Part shown: piece after piece, positions 51,030 to 62,067 of the stretch | Layout: each line of letters starts with the position of its first letter | Position numbering within the stretch: the first letter of the stretch is position 1 | Origin: a virus | Virus record (IMG/VR): IMGVR_UViG_3300044844_000854 | Span: 1-64,000 of that record | Direction: 5' to 3' (one strand) | DNA: 64,000 nucleotides | Made by a program: the position numbers and the translations under genes | Notes under the pieces: model-generated | Seen by the model: only the letters and a program-made list of their open reading frames with translations | What the model was told of the DNA's origin: nothing | Databases searched by the model: none

Positions 51030-51584
51030 ATGAACAAAATTGCCTTAACAATTGTGGGTAAATACCAAGACACCTTGATTGATAAAAACGGAAATGTAAA
51101 AAAACATGAGATCAAAAACAATCAAGTACAACTAACTGCTCTAAAGCTAATATCTTCACTATTTAAAAACCAAGCAAATACAATTGGTATTCAATACATT
51201 GCTTTAGGTAGTGGAGATGCTACTTGGGATTTACTAACAAATAACAAACCTAGCCCAATGCTTAATAGCAACACTACACTTACAACAGAGATATTTAGAA
51301 AAGCTATCCCTATTACAGATATTGTATTTGTAGACCCTACGGCTGCTTTTGGTCAAGGTGCAATTTCTCAAACTGCCACTACAAGATTAAGAATTACTAC
51401 TCAAATTGAAGCTAGTGAAGCTAATGATTCTCTTAGAGAATTTGCTCTTTTTGGTGGTACTGCAACAGGTATGCAAAATAGTGGATTTATGATCAATTGG
51501 GTAGCACACCCCTTGATTGAAAAGACAGAAGATGTTGTTCTTAATCGTATGATTGAACTAGACTTTGTTCTAGTAAATAACTAA
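51030..51584 (+). CDS. Tail collar / fibre attachment protein
   Basis: YIALGSGD..W, LTTEIFRK, EANDSLREFALFGG, I.KT. Confidence 0.7.
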   Translation: MNKIALTIVGKYQDTLIDKNGNVKKHEIKNNQVQLTALKLISSLFKNQANTIGIQYIALGSGDATWDLLTNNKPSPMLNSNTTLTTEIFRKAIPITDIVFVDPTAAFGQGAISQTATTRLRITTQIEASEANDSLREFALFGGTATGMQNSGFMINWVAHPLIEKTEDVVLNRMIELDFVLVNN

Positions 51585-51634
51585 ACTAAACACACACTCT
51601 TAGAAAAAAACGGAAATTACAAAAAGGAAATAAT

Positions 51635-54600
51635 ATGACAGCTACACACAATACTAGCAAACAAAACAGTCATAAGCCTTATAAGAACTATACACAAGTA
51701 GCTTTCCAACAAGGCAAACCTGTATTAGATTATGAACTTAATGATGCACAATCAGTAGTTTTACAACAAATTACAAGTCACCTACAAACACTTGAACAAT
51801 TTTGTGGTATAGAAACATCACCTAGTGAATTTGCTATTGTTCCATTATCCTTTGCAGATCGTGGTAAGAATGATAGAAATATTTCAAACTTTGGTATCAC
51901 TCTTGGTAGATTACCTACTAAATTTGGTGTGATTGATACTACTCACCTAAAGGAAGTTGGTAAAGGTAATACTATTGCTTTTGACTACCATAGGTTAGAA
52001 TTAAATAACATTCATACAACAGAAGATCATGTTTATGAAAACTACCTACTTAAAGGTAAAATTACAGGATATGATAGTGCAACAAGAGTAATTACAGATG
52101 AACATAAGGACTTTTCTAAGACTCACCTTGATTTAGTTCAAACTACTAAGCAATACACTTTATCACATTCAGATACAGATAGTGTTACACTAAATGTAAT
52201 CTCTAATGGTGCAGATATTGTATTTACTAGTTGTGCAAATTCAGGTTTAAATGGAACTAGAAGATCAATCTTATCTATCCCTACAAGTAATTCTATCTAT
52301 ATTGGACTTCCAATTGGTCTTACAGTAGGCGATGAATATGTAATTATCCCCAAGAACAACTTTAGTGCAATTAAAAAATCATTTGATGATGAAACAACAT
52401 TTACAAACACAATTTCAGGTCAAGAGGCTAATCCCATTGTAATCACTTATGTTCAATCATTCATTGAAGATATTGCAAGTGAAGAAGATGAAGAAATTAA
52501 ATTAAGTGCAATTGGTATGGAAACTACTCACCGTAAACAACTTAGATGGTGTGTTAGAACTTCTAGAGCATTTTTAAGCTCAACTGATTTAGCAAAACTT
52601 GTATTACAAGAAAACAATGTAAATGTAGGTGTATATTCTAAATATTCAAGAGAATTACTTGGTGCATATACACCATTTGAACAACCTGTAGACACATTCT
52701 TAGACACATTCTTAAACACACAATCTGAACTACAAGAAAACGGGGATTTAAAAACACCTTTAGCAACACAGGTAATGCCTATATCATTAAAACTAGGCAA
52801 TTTAGAAGCACCTGAATTATCTCAAAGCTATAACAATGTATACCAAAGCAAAGGTATCTCTAGTCAATCCTTCTTTGTTAAGAATAGAGCAAGTGTATTA
52901 TCTATCAAAACACTAAAGGCAGTTCTATTACAGGTATTACAAGGCAACACATCACTTAATACAGAAGATGCTTTAGGTAGTGAATTTGACATCTCTATTC
53001 TACAGGTACATACTGCATCATCTAAAAGAGAAGGAAATAGCATAGTACGAAATGATACTCTTTCACCTTATTTGTATGCAGGTTTTGTGTATGAAACACC
53101 TACTGTAGCTAATACACCTATGGCTATCCCAATGTTTAACCCATTTAAACAAGGTGTACCTGAAGGTTTTCCTGTAATTGTAGATGGTTACTTCTACCAA
53201 CCACCTAGAATTTTTCAATCACAATCAGAAATCTCTACAGAATTATTGCAAGCTAAATCAATGACTTATTCTTTAGGTTATATGCCTGAAAGTGATGATT
53301 TGATTACTTCACTTATGCCATTTAGTGAAAACACAGTATTCCAACCATTCACATTTAGATCAATTGTTCAAAGACAAAATAGTGATCTACAAATTACACC
53401 TATTGCATTTGAAACACTTGGTCAAAAATTAGCATTTAATGATATTTCTGCCATTGCTATGCTAGGTATTGGTAGTGCTTTCTCTATCAGTAATAACACC
53501 ATATTTGACGGATTTACTACTATACCAACTATTTCTGCAACAGGCTTTGATGGAATTGATGTAGGTTTTTCTGGTCAATTATCCACAACACAAAATACTA
53601 TCTTAGGGCTAAACGAATATAGTAAGAATGTATTTGGTGGTATTGTTTTCTCAAATCCAATTCTTGCAGGTGATATTCCTAGCATTGCAACTCAAATCAA
53701 TCACAAAGATAGCACTGATCAAACTTTGGTAGGTTATTATCTTCCTAAGGCAGTTGAAGATCAAGATGGTAATCAAACTCACTTTGTTAGCTATAATGAT
53801 AAAAAACTAGGTTATTCTCTCTATAAAGATGAACAAACTTTAAGAATGAGAGAATTTGAAAATGGTATTTTACAAGCATCTGTTTTTGCAAATACATTCA
53901 ATTTAAGAAAATTAGCAATCAAAACACAAGCATCACTAGAAGCAGATTTATTTACTCTTGATGTTCCACATGCTTTAGATATTTTTAGATCAGGATCAAT
54001 TCAATCTGCTATTTCTCAAGCACAGTATGACAATGCAAATACTCTTTTAGACACTAATCCTGAATATAGTTCTATTGTATATAATGCTATTCAGTTATCT
54101 GCATTCTCTGAAATTGCATTATCTTATGGATCTTCAATATCTGCTTATTTTGGTGTATCTCAATTCCCTGCAATTAGATCATTTCTATCTAATTCAAAGA
54201 TTATGGGTAACTTTTCATCAAGTGCTAATCCACTTAGTAATCTATTTAGTAGCAATATCAATGCATTACCTAGTTTACCATTCACTTTTTGGGGTAATAC
54301 TAACACACTAATCTCATCAAGTAATATTGGCAATTTATCTACTACTACTGTTGATTTAGGTACTGGTACATTTGATGTTGAATCTGTAAATTATCAATCA
54401 GGCAGTGTTTCTTTACAGTCTACTTATCGTGCATTTGATAGATCATACATTCAAAGTAATGATGACTTAGATCAATTACATGATACTCTTTTAGATCATG
54501 AATTAGGTGCTTGGGCAGTAAAGCGAATTTCATTTGATCAATTCCATACAAACACTTCTTTAGATGCATTACAATCTACATCTACATTTAGCAATAGAAA

Positions 54601-57600
54601 TACATCTGCATCGCTAAGATACCATGTAGGCGATTTCTATCCAGGTGAAGTAGATGCAAGGGGTATTCCTAGAAATCTTTTGGTAGATACTCTTAATCTC
54701 TATGTTAAATTAGAGCCACTACCTTTAGTGCATTGGTATACTATGCCTAAACACCAACATTCTGTTCTTGAGGGTAGCTTAGATGTAAGTGAGGCTATTG
54801 CAACATTGCTTGATATTTCTCATTCAAGAGGTATTCCTGATCACTTATTTAATTTGGGTAAGCAATTTACAACTAAACATATTGATAGTCAAAACACAAT
54901 TGTAGATAAAGCAGCACTTAATGTTGACTATTTCTTAAATAAAGCAAACACAGATAATCTAAACCTTGCATCAGGTTTTGATCAAGCTAATGATAAGACA
55001 AGTGGATTTATCTCTTTTGAATTTTCAGGAACTAATAATTCTCAGAATGGATATAGTGTTGTTAAAAACATTATCCCATCTTGGTTAGGTAGTAATTTTG
55101 CAAGCACACTACCTGGATTTGGATTATCTGCAAGAACAACACTTAATGAATCAGAAAAACAAGACCTTAGAAATAGTACTGCATCTAATAGTTTACTTAG
55201 CTATGCAAACACTAATTTAAATGTAGGTGATATTGATCCTATGGGTATCTCATTACCTAATCAAGCACAACCATTTATTCATTGGTATCACCCAAATATG
55301 GATAATATTAAATCTAAGAGTGCTACGATCTATACAAGTCCTTCATTTACTATTCCTGAAATGCAGATGTATGCAAAATGGGGTAGAAGATCATTGGTTA
55401 TTCCTGCATTAGTGCCTATGTCAACTAGTAATGATATTGCACAAGCATCTTTTCAAGGTTTATTTCAATCTGTAGGTGGTGGATATTCTACAAATATTCC
55501 TGCTGATGGTGATAATGATGGTATTCTTATCAATAATGCAGGTATACCTACTACTGATGTATTCGATTTTACTTCTAGCATTGGTGGATTAAATGTAATT
55601 ACCAAGTTCGACGGTGTTGAGCTTAGAACTATTGACGATCCACAATTATTAGCAGATGGTTACAATGCATCTATATATGCTGATACTTATACACATCATT
55701 CTAGTGGTTTAAATGGTAAATTTATTTTATCAGATAGACAACCTGATGGCACAAATACAGATATTGCACAAAATCAGGACTACTACAATAAATTCCCAAT
55801 GACACTAAACACCACTAGATTAAAGGTACAACAATCATTAGATTATACACCAAGTCAGGTTAGTGGTTTCATTAAACAAATTACACAAAGATCAGGTAAT
55901 CCAAGACCTGTATATTTACCTGCAAGTGCATATTTTTATAATAATGCTGTTACAAATACGGATAATGCAGGCACACTAACTGTAGATGAAACAATTACTA
56001 ATGGATCTGCAATATCTTCTCGCGTAGATGCAATGCAAACAGGCATGGGATTTCACCCTGCAATCAATTGGATTGGTAAATCATTTGCTGATATTAGACA
56101 AACAATCGCTACATCAGTAGGATTTGATGCATATAACAAAAAAGAATTTGATTTTAGATCATTCCCAACAGATGAAGATCAATTAATTTTTGAGCCTGCA
56201 ATTAGAAATGCAAATCAAACAATTCATACTGGTATTGCATCATTCAAAGGTATGCTTGGCACAGAAGAAGCATGGTCTACACCTGCAATGAGAGCTTGCT
56301 TATCTACTGAAACTGTAGCTTACTTGAACTTTATGACTAAGACATACACATTTATTCCAGGTCATGATAGTATTCACCCTTATGATGATGTTAGCTATTT
56401 TGCTGACTCTAAGGCAACACCTGTATGGCTTACAACATTAAAATCAGGTCTTGATAAAGTACCAGGTAAAGGTGTTGCTAAGGATACTGATACTGCTTAT
56501 GCAGGTAGTATGGGTACAAATATGCATACAACAGGTGCATCATTATTTATTGATGATTTGGTCTTTGGTGTAAATCGTGGCACATATCGTGATGCAAATG
56601 GTAATCCTGCTAGTGATTTATTTGAACTTGCATCTAAGAAAATTATTGAAGGACTTGCAAGTGGCATACAATCTTTTCAAGCTAAAGCTATTAAATATAC
56701 ACCAATTATCAATGCATTCTCTAAGGGTAGTATGCAGACCAAATTGCTATATAATTGTTCTTTAAGAGTATTACACTCTAGACCAAATAGCTCTAAGGTA
56801 GGACAATCTACTGCACCTAGATCACTTACAGAGATGTTTTTATGTGTTGATGGTGAAAATAATAGATTGATTGCATTACCTAGATCAACTATGGATAAAG
56901 CAGAATACAAGCCATATATTCATGTTCAAGGTATCTCTAAGGCTCTCAATCATGATTATGTAGCAACTAGTGAAGATCACCCAAATCACAAGTATATGCA
57001 ACATTTAGATAGCATGATTAGTGATACACTTGGTATTGGTCAATCATTTGATAATGCTACACCATTTATCTCTGAGCAACCATTGGCATATAAGAATGCA
57101 ATTCCTTTAGCTAGTTTTGTTGAAACTGATCCTTGTAGTTGTGAAGGTGAACCATTAAGACAGGTAACATCACAAGATTATACTACTGCTAGAAATGGTG
57201 ATACATTCAATGCAGATCCATTTGATTTTGCATATGATAGATCAACTAAAGTAACACTAGATGAGACAAATTTAAGTGGCATCAATCCAATGATTTCTGC
57301 AAGTTCAAGCAATAGTGGTGTTGAATATGAATTGCTATCATCTCTTAGTGCTTTACACCAACAAGCTAGTGATATTGGATTGACTGCAAATATTGGTAAG
57401 AGTACTCATGCAAACTCATACACACTACAGGATTTAATTCCTACTGCAAATGAGATGACATTGCCAGGTGATCATGAGATTACATTTGTTCTCTACACAG
57501 GTAAGCATGGTCAAATGTATGTAGAAGATATGTTAGAGTCATTTAATCCCAATGTTGCAGGATGTCATATTAAGGCAACTATTGAGATCAACAGACCAAC

Positions 57601-57733
57601 ACAATACATTTCATCTACTGCACAAGAGAATGTACACTATGGTAAGACACTTGATGGACAACCAATTGAAACATACAAGATTGCAGGTGGTACACCACAA
57701 ATTCTTACAGATATGACTGTAGTTACTCTTTGA
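51635..57733 (+). CDS. Large tail/baseplate appendage with a DUF6519-like N-terminus (2032 aa)
   Basis: KNYTQVAFQQGKPVLDYELND and EDEEIKLSAIGMETTHRKQLRWCVR resemble DUF6519 motifs. Confidence 0.65.
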   Translation: MTATHNTSKQNSHKPYKNYTQVAFQQGKPVLDYELNDAQSVVLQQITSHLQTLEQFCGIETSPSEFAIVPLSFADRGKNDRNISNFGITLGRLPTKFGVIDTTHLKEVGKGNTIAFDYHRLELNNIHTTEDHVYENYLLKGKITGYDSATRVITDEHKDFSKTHLDLVQTTKQYTLSHSDTDSVTLNVISNGADIVFTSCANSGLNGTRRSILSIPTSNSIYIGLPIGLTVGDEYVIIPKNNFSAIKKSFDDETTFTNTISGQEANPIVITYVQSFIEDIASEEDEEIKLSAIGMETTHRKQLRWCVRTSRAFLSSTDLAKLVLQENNVNVGVYSKYSRELLGAYTPFEQPVDTFLDTFLNTQSELQENGDLKTPLATQVMPISLKLGNLEAPELSQSYNNVYQSKGISSQSFFVKNRASVLSIKTLKAVLLQVLQGNTSLNTEDALGSEFDISILQVHTASSKREGNSIVRNDTLSPYLYAGFVYETPTVANTPMAIPMFNPFKQGVPEGFPVIVDGYFYQPPRIFQSQSEISTELLQAKSMTYSLGYMPESDDLITSLMPFSENTVFQPFTFRSIVQRQNSDLQITPIAFETLGQKLAFNDISAIAMLGIGSAFSISNNTIFDGFTTIPTISATGFDGIDVGFSGQLSTTQNTILGLNEYSKNVFGGIVFSNPILAGDIPSIATQINHKDSTDQTLVGYYLPKAVEDQDGNQTHFVSYNDKKLGYSLYKDEQTLRMREFENGILQASVFANTFNLRKLAIKTQASLEADLFTLDVPHALDIFRSGSIQSAISQAQYDNANTLLDTNPEYSSIVYNAIQLSAFSEIALSYGSSISAYFGVSQFPAIRSFLSNSKIMGNFSSSANPLSNLFSSNINALPSLPFTFWGNTNTLISSSNIGNLSTTTVDLGTGTFDVESVNYQSGSVSLQSTYRAFDRSYIQSNDDLDQLHDTLLDHELGAWAVKRISFDQFHTNTSLDALQSTSTFSNRNTSASLRYHVGDFYPGEVDARGIPRNLLVDTLNLYVKLEPLPLVHWYTMPKHQHSVLEGSLDVSEAIATLLDISHSRGIPDHLFNLGKQFTTKHIDSQNTIVDKAALNVDYFLNKANTDNLNLASGFDQANDKTSGFISFEFSGTNNSQNGYSVVKNIIPSWLGSNFASTLPGFGLSARTTLNESEKQDLRNSTASNSLLSYANTNLNVGDIDPMGISLPNQAQPFIHWYHPNMDNIKSKSATIYTSPSFTIPEMQMYAKWGRRSLVIPALVPMSTSNDIAQASFQGLFQSVGGGYSTNIPADGDNDGILINNAGIPTTDVFDFTSSIGGLNVITKFDGVELRTIDDPQLLADGYNASIYADTYTHHSSGLNGKFILSDRQPDGTNTDIAQNQDYYNKFPMTLNTTRLKVQQSLDYTPSQVSGFIKQITQRSGNPRPVYLPASAYFYNNAVTNTDNAGTLTVDETITNGSAISSRVDAMQTGMGFHPAINWIGKSFADIRQTIATSVGFDAYNKKEFDFRSFPTDEDQLIFEPAIRNANQTIHTGIASFKGMLGTEEAWSTPAMRACLSTETVAYLNFMTKTYTFIPGHDSIHPYDDVSYFADSKATPVWLTTLKSGLDKVPGKGVAKDTDTAYAGSMGTNMHTTGASLFIDDLVFGVNRGTYRDANGNPASDLFELASKKIIEGLASGIQSFQAKAIKYTPIINAFSKGSMQTKLLYNCSLRVLHSRPNSSKVGQSTAPRSLTEMFLCVDGENNRLIALPRSTMDKAEYKPYIHVQGISKALNHDYVATSEDHPNHKYMQHLDSMISDTLGIGQSFDNATPFISEQPLAYKNAIPLASFVETDPCSCEGEPLRQVTSQDYTTARNGDTFNADPFDFAYDRSTKVTLDETNLSGINPMISASSSNSGVEYELLSSLSALHQQASDIGLTANIGKSTHANSYTLQDLIPTANEMTLPGDHEITFVLYTGKHGQMYVEDMLESFNPNVAGCHIKATIEINRPTQYISSTAQENVHYGKTLDGQPIETYKIAGGTPQILTDMTVVTL

Positions 57734-57822
57734 TAAATAAGCTAAAATAAGAATATTGATTGAATTTCTTTTAGATAAGGTATAATATCTCTGTATCACA
57801 TTAAAAAACGGAGATAGAAAAA

Positions 57823-58197
57823 ATGGCAGCAATTCCTTACGATAGTCCATATAAGGCTACAACTAAAGAAATTACATGGGATACAACAAATCCATTAAAC
57901 TTAACAACAGATGCAAAATTAGATGGCACAAGAGCATTTAGATTAGCCGTATCATCTTTGCCTGCAGGAGCAACAATCTCTTTACAAGGTGCATTGATTG
58001 AAACACCATCTTTAGATGCACATTGGTCAACCATTTCTAGCTTGACTTCAAGTGGATTTATTACTGATTTTGATAATCACTATAAGATTATGCCACATAA
58101 GGTTAGATTAAAACAAACTGCAGGTGCTACTACATCAAATGCTACTAAAGTGCTTGTTGTATCTAAGCATATTCCACCTGAATTAACTAAGCCTTAA
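57823..58197 (+). CDS. Hypothetical, probably virion beta-sandwich protein
   Basis: CGGAG RBS; tail-distal position. Confidence 0.6.
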   Translation: MAAIPYDSPYKATTKEITWDTTNPLNLTTDAKLDGTRAFRLAVSSLPAGATISLQGALIETPSLDAHWSTISSLTSSGFITDFDNHYKIMPHKVRLKQTAGATTSNATKVLVVSKHIPPELTKP

Positions 58198-58227
58198 TAG
58201 ATAGCATAAAAAAACGGAGATTACAAA

Positions 58228-58824
58228 ATGGAAAAGATTTTAGAATTCTTAGCTAAACAATACTTAAAGACTAATAACATTGCACCTACTACAAGTGATT
58301 TGATTTCATTGTTAGAAATCTGTCAACAAGAAAGCACATACTCTCAAGCAGTGCAAGCAAAGATTTTGGATATTCAAAAACCTGTATCTGTTATTCAGCA
58401 AGTAGGTAGTAATGCGATTGCTAAATTTAAAACAATCATTGTAAATGGCAAGAAAGTACAAGTACCTGTTCAAGGTGGCACAACTACTACTGCTACTACT
58501 AAGGTTGTTGATAAGAGTAGCCCAAATGGTGCTATTGCATTGATTGATATTATTAAAGGTGCTACAGGTGATACACTAATCAATAGTGATGTATCTAAAT
58601 GGCTTGTGGATAGTCCAAAAACTATGGAACTTCCCTTTAGTGATTTTGTTCTTACTAGTGATATTGTTGTATTTACTCAAGGTAATACTACTTGTTTTGG
58701 TATTACTACTAAGCCTATTACAAGTGAATTACTAGAAGTATTTGTATGGATTTCTAAGCCACAAGTTTTATCCATTCCGTTTTCTTCTGTATCTAAAGTA
58801 TATCGTTTATTACAAGAACCATAA
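58228..58824 (+). CDS. Hypothetical protein
   Basis: CGGAG RBS. Confidence 0.65.
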   Translation: MEKILEFLAKQYLKTNNIAPTTSDLISLLEICQQESTYSQAVQAKILDIQKPVSVIQQVGSNAIAKFKTIIVNGKKVQVPVQGGTTTTATTKVVDKSSPNGAIALIDIIKGATGDTLINSDVSKWLVDSPKTMELPFSDFVLTSDIVVFTQGNTTCFGITTKPITSELLEVFVWISKPQVLSIPFSSVSKVYRLLQEP

Positions 58825-58848
58825 GCATAAAAAACGGAGAATAACAAA

Positions 58849-59217
58849 ATGACTATGACTACAATATTAGAACAATTACTACCTATTATGGGTACTGTTG
58901 TAAGTGCAATTGTTTCTTATGTACTCACTCTTCTAGCTAAGAGATACCAACTACAATTAAGCAATGAACAAGAAACTCAATTAAGACTTACTGTTCGTTC
59001 TGCTATTGCAGGTGCTGAAGAATGGGGTGCAAGAAAAATGAATGTTGAAAAACTTGATTATGTTAGTGGTAAGGAAAAGGCAGATTATGCTTTAGCTATC
59101 ATTAAGAGTTTATACCCAAAAGCAGAACAAGAAGATATGTTAAAGCTGATTGACTGTGAAATTGCTACTATGCAAGACTTGGGTGCAACTAAAAGAAAAA
59201 TCGACATTGAAATCTAA
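58849..59217 (+). CDS. Holin, LL-H family
   Basis: N-terminal TM, then VRSAIAGAEEW...SGKEKADYAL...LIDCEIATM. Confidence 0.75.
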   Translation: MTMTTILEQLLPIMGTVVSAIVSYVLTLLAKRYQLQLSNEQETQLRLTVRSAIAGAEEWGARKMNVEKLDYVSGKEKADYALAIIKSLYPKAEQEDMLKLIDCEIATMQDLGATKRKIDIEI

Positions 59218-59227
59218 GGTATAATAA

Positions 59228-59359
59228 ATGATAACAAGCATTGTCACTATCTTAGCTACTGCACTTACACCTGTTATTGTTAAGGCTATTGAAAAAGCAC
59301 TTGATTTAGATAAGCCTACTACCAAAAAACCTACTAAAAAGAAAAAAACGGAAGGTTAA
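59228..59359 (+). CDS. 43-aa hydrophobic/basic peptide (not in the ORF track)
   Basis: MITSIVTILATALTPVIVKAIEKALDLDKPTTKKPTKKKKTEG; AAGGT RBS; fills the gap between flanking genes. Confidence 0.6.
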   Translation: MITSIVTILATALTPVIVKAIEKALDLDKPTTKKPTKKKKTEG

Positions 59360-59361
59360 AA

Positions 59362-59706
59362 ATGGCAGGATTACATAACATAGAAATCATACAAGGATCA
59401 ACATTTACACTAGAGATACAATGGAAAGATGCAGATGATACACCTATCTCTTTAGATGGATTTCAAATTCATATGCAAATTAGAAAATCTTTTGAAGATA
59501 ACTCTACACCACTTGTTGATTTATCTCTAGGTAATGGTATAACTCTTACAGGTGAAATTGGTGGACTTAAAATCACAATTCCACATACTGTTACTAGAAA
59601 TATTACACAATCCACAGCAAAGTATGATATAGAAATTACTACACCTGATGAAGTAATCAATCTTCTTCGTGGCAATGTAAATATCATAGGAGAAATTACA
59701 AGATGA
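59362..59706 (+). CDS. Tail-fibre adaptor-like virion protein (BppU-N-like)
   Basis: IIQGSTF...W.D....PISLDG....MQIR...YDIEI....LLRG.V.I..EITR. Confidence 0.7.
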   Translation: MAGLHNIEIIQGSTFTLEIQWKDADDTPISLDGFQIHMQIRKSFEDNSTPLVDLSLGNGITLTGEIGGLKITIPHTVTRNITQSTAKYDIEITTPDEVINLLRGNVNIIGEITR

Positions 59707-60041
59707 GTATCGTAACAAATCCATCTAAAGGTATTGTTGTTATTAAAGAACGAGGATTAAGAGGTGCTACAGGTCCATCTTCTGTATCTTCCGAACGGAT
59801 TGAGATTACGGTTTCAAATCCTATTCCACAACCATACACTTATGTTTTTCCTAAGAATATTAGTACAGATGCTAATATGTCACCCCTTGTTCAGGTAGAA
59901 TTGAATGGATTATCTGCTGTTCTTACAGATGATTTTACAGTCGATTTAAATACTAGAACATTTACTTGGACTTCACCTATTACACTTATCGCAAATGATA
60001 AGCTAGTTATTAGGTATGTTCCATCATCTATCCCTGTTTAA
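59703..60041 (+). CDS. Short fibre-associated protein
   Basis: GLRGATG collagen-like triplets; VELNG...D..VIRY domain. Confidence 0.6.
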   Translation: MSIVTNPSKGIVVIKERGLRGATGPSSVSSERIEITVSNPIPQPYTYVFPKNISTDANMSPLVQVELNGLSAVLTDDFTVDLNTRTFTWTSPITLIANDKLVIRYVPSSIPV

Positions 60042-60074
60042 AAGACAAACCCTTAAAAAAACGGAGCTTATAAA

Positions 60075-61436
60075 ATGGCACAAATTAGACCAGAGCAAAT
60101 TAAATTAACAGAGAATACACTCTTAGTTGGTGTACTTGAAAACGGTGCAGAAGTAGCTAAAGCATTACCATTAAATACAGACGGTAATGTATCTTTCTCT
60201 ATTGTAGATGGTGCTTTAAAATTATCTGTAGATGCAGGTGGTATTACTGCTACTGAAATTGCAGATGGTACAATCACATCAGAGAAATTCGCACAAGGTG
60301 CAATTACTACAGATGCTATTGATGATTATAGCATTTTACCTGTAAAGCTAACTGCTGATCCTGATGAAACATTTGTATTTCAAACATCAAATCAAGATTG
60401 GAATGATAAAGCAGTTCTTCAAGTTTATGGTATTCCTGTTTCTGATGAAGATGTTGTTAATAAAGCATATGTAGATAGTGTTGCAACAGGTCTTGATTTT
60501 AAAGAAAGTGTTATCCTTGCTTTAGATTATGATGTAGATGCATTAAATGGTCTTTTTGCAAATCCTGATCAATCCTTAATTACAAGTGCAGGTGCTGAAT
60601 ATCGTTTATTGCTTTTAGGTCAAAATAATCCTATTGAAAACGGTATCTATCAAGTACAAACATGGACTAACGGTGGTAATGATATTGCTATTATCAGAGC
60701 CCAAGATGCAGATTCATCTTCTGAATTAAATACAGGTGCATTTGTATATGTTGAAGCAGGAGAATATCAAGGTGCAGGCTATGTCTTACAAGCTAATCAA
60801 GACGGTACTTCACCACAAGTAGGTGTAGATGCAATTAACTTTGTTCAATTTAACGGTGCTACATCTCTTACTGCAGGTGAAGGTATCACTAAGCCAGCTG
60901 CAAATACAATTGCAGTAAAGATTGATGCAAATTCAAGTGCATTACAATTCTTAAATGATAACTCTTTAGCTTTAAGCATCAATTCAAATGCATTAAGTAT
61001 TGATCAAAATGGATTATCTATTATTTGTACTACAGGATCAGGTATTCAAGTAGGTGGTAATGGATTAGAACTTATCATTGATGAAAATTCTGTTATTGTA
61101 AATCAAGCTAATGAATTACAAGCAGCTATTATGCATTCATCTACACTTTCAGGTGCATTCCAATCAGGCACAGGTGTAACAGGTTATTCTGTATCTCGTG
61201 ATCCTATTAGCGATGGTAAATTCTTATTGCTTGTAAATGGTATTGCACAAAGACTTGGTGATGGCACTTCTGTTGGTTGTGATGCATTCTTCTGTGTAGG
61301 TGTAGGCAACCAATCACCACTCAATCTATCTCAAGTTCTTGCAGGTCATGCTCTTTATTGGAATACAAGTGTTGCAGGTTTTGCTCTTGAAGGTACTGAT
61401 TATATTGACTTAATCTATCAAACAAATGACTACTAA
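60075..61436 (+). CDS. Fibre-like virion structural protein
   Basis: IADGTIT repeats, DVVNKAYVD..ATGLDFKESV, RLLL.GQ....ENGIY, RAQDAD, GAFVYVEAG. Confidence 0.75.
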   Translation: MAQIRPEQIKLTENTLLVGVLENGAEVAKALPLNTDGNVSFSIVDGALKLSVDAGGITATEIADGTITSEKFAQGAITTDAIDDYSILPVKLTADPDETFVFQTSNQDWNDKAVLQVYGIPVSDEDVVNKAYVDSVATGLDFKESVILALDYDVDALNGLFANPDQSLITSAGAEYRLLLLGQNNPIENGIYQVQTWTNGGNDIAIIRAQDADSSSELNTGAFVYVEAGEYQGAGYVLQANQDGTSPQVGVDAINFVQFNGATSLTAGEGITKPAANTIAVKIDANSSALQFLNDNSLALSINSNALSIDQNGLSIICTTGSGIQVGGNGLELIIDENSVIVNQANELQAAIMHSSTLSGAFQSGTGVTGYSVSRDPISDGKFLLLVNGIAQRLGDGTSVGCDAFFCVGVGNQSPLNLSQVLAGHALYWNTSVAGFALEGTDYIDLIYQTNDY

Positions 61437-61542
61437 TATTTAAGATAGATAGATTTAATAGCATAAAAACACAATATCATTTATAATCCCTTAGAAATAA
61501 TGCTATATATAAGACATTCTAAAAACAAACTAAGGAGATTAT

Positions 61543-62052
61543 ATGGCTATCGTCCCTGCAAAACAGATTGCACCATTTACAATGAAAACGGCATCATTTA
61601 CTACTAATCTATTGGATTTAAATAATTACTCACAGAGATCACATACACAAGTTCTTACACTTACTAATGTTCCTAGAGCATTTATTAGAACAATTAGATT
61701 AAGTAGAACACCTGCATCATTTAATACAGGAACTTATGGTGATTATACAGGTCAAAGTGGTTATAATATTGCAGTAAAACTATATGATTTCGTTACCATT
61801 TCTACTAATTACTCAGATATTTACTACACTAAAGATAGCTCTACATTAAGTTCAAATACAGGGTATGACGCATCTACATCAGGTATTGTATTAGATTTTA
61901 ATATGGATACATGGTATTCTAATCAAGCTATTGGAACAAATAATATCTACTTACCTATTGTCATTCAAGATAATACTGCTATTAGTGGTGGTCATGGCAC
62001 AAGTGTTAAGTATGATGTTGTTGTTTATTATGATAGTGTTAATGCTGTTTAA
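61543..62052 (+). CDS. Hypothetical virion protein
   Basis: AGGAG RBS; S/T/Y-rich beta-type composition. Confidence 0.65.
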   Translation: MAIVPAKQIAPFTMKTASFTTNLLDLNNYSQRSHTQVLTLTNVPRAFIRTIRLSRTPASFNTGTYGDYTGQSGYNIAVKLYDFVTISTNYSDIYYTKDSSTLSSNTGYDASTSGIVLDFNMDTWYSNQAIGTNNIYLPIVIQDNTAISGGHGTSVKYDVVVYYDSVNAV

Positions 62053-62067
62053 ACTAAGGAGATTATT

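Noticed and set aside
33966-57733. Bacterial eCIS/tailocin locus or prophage in a host chromosome
   Set aside because: Contiguous with terminase, portal, scaffold and capsid; no host housekeeping genes, integrase or att site seen in the window
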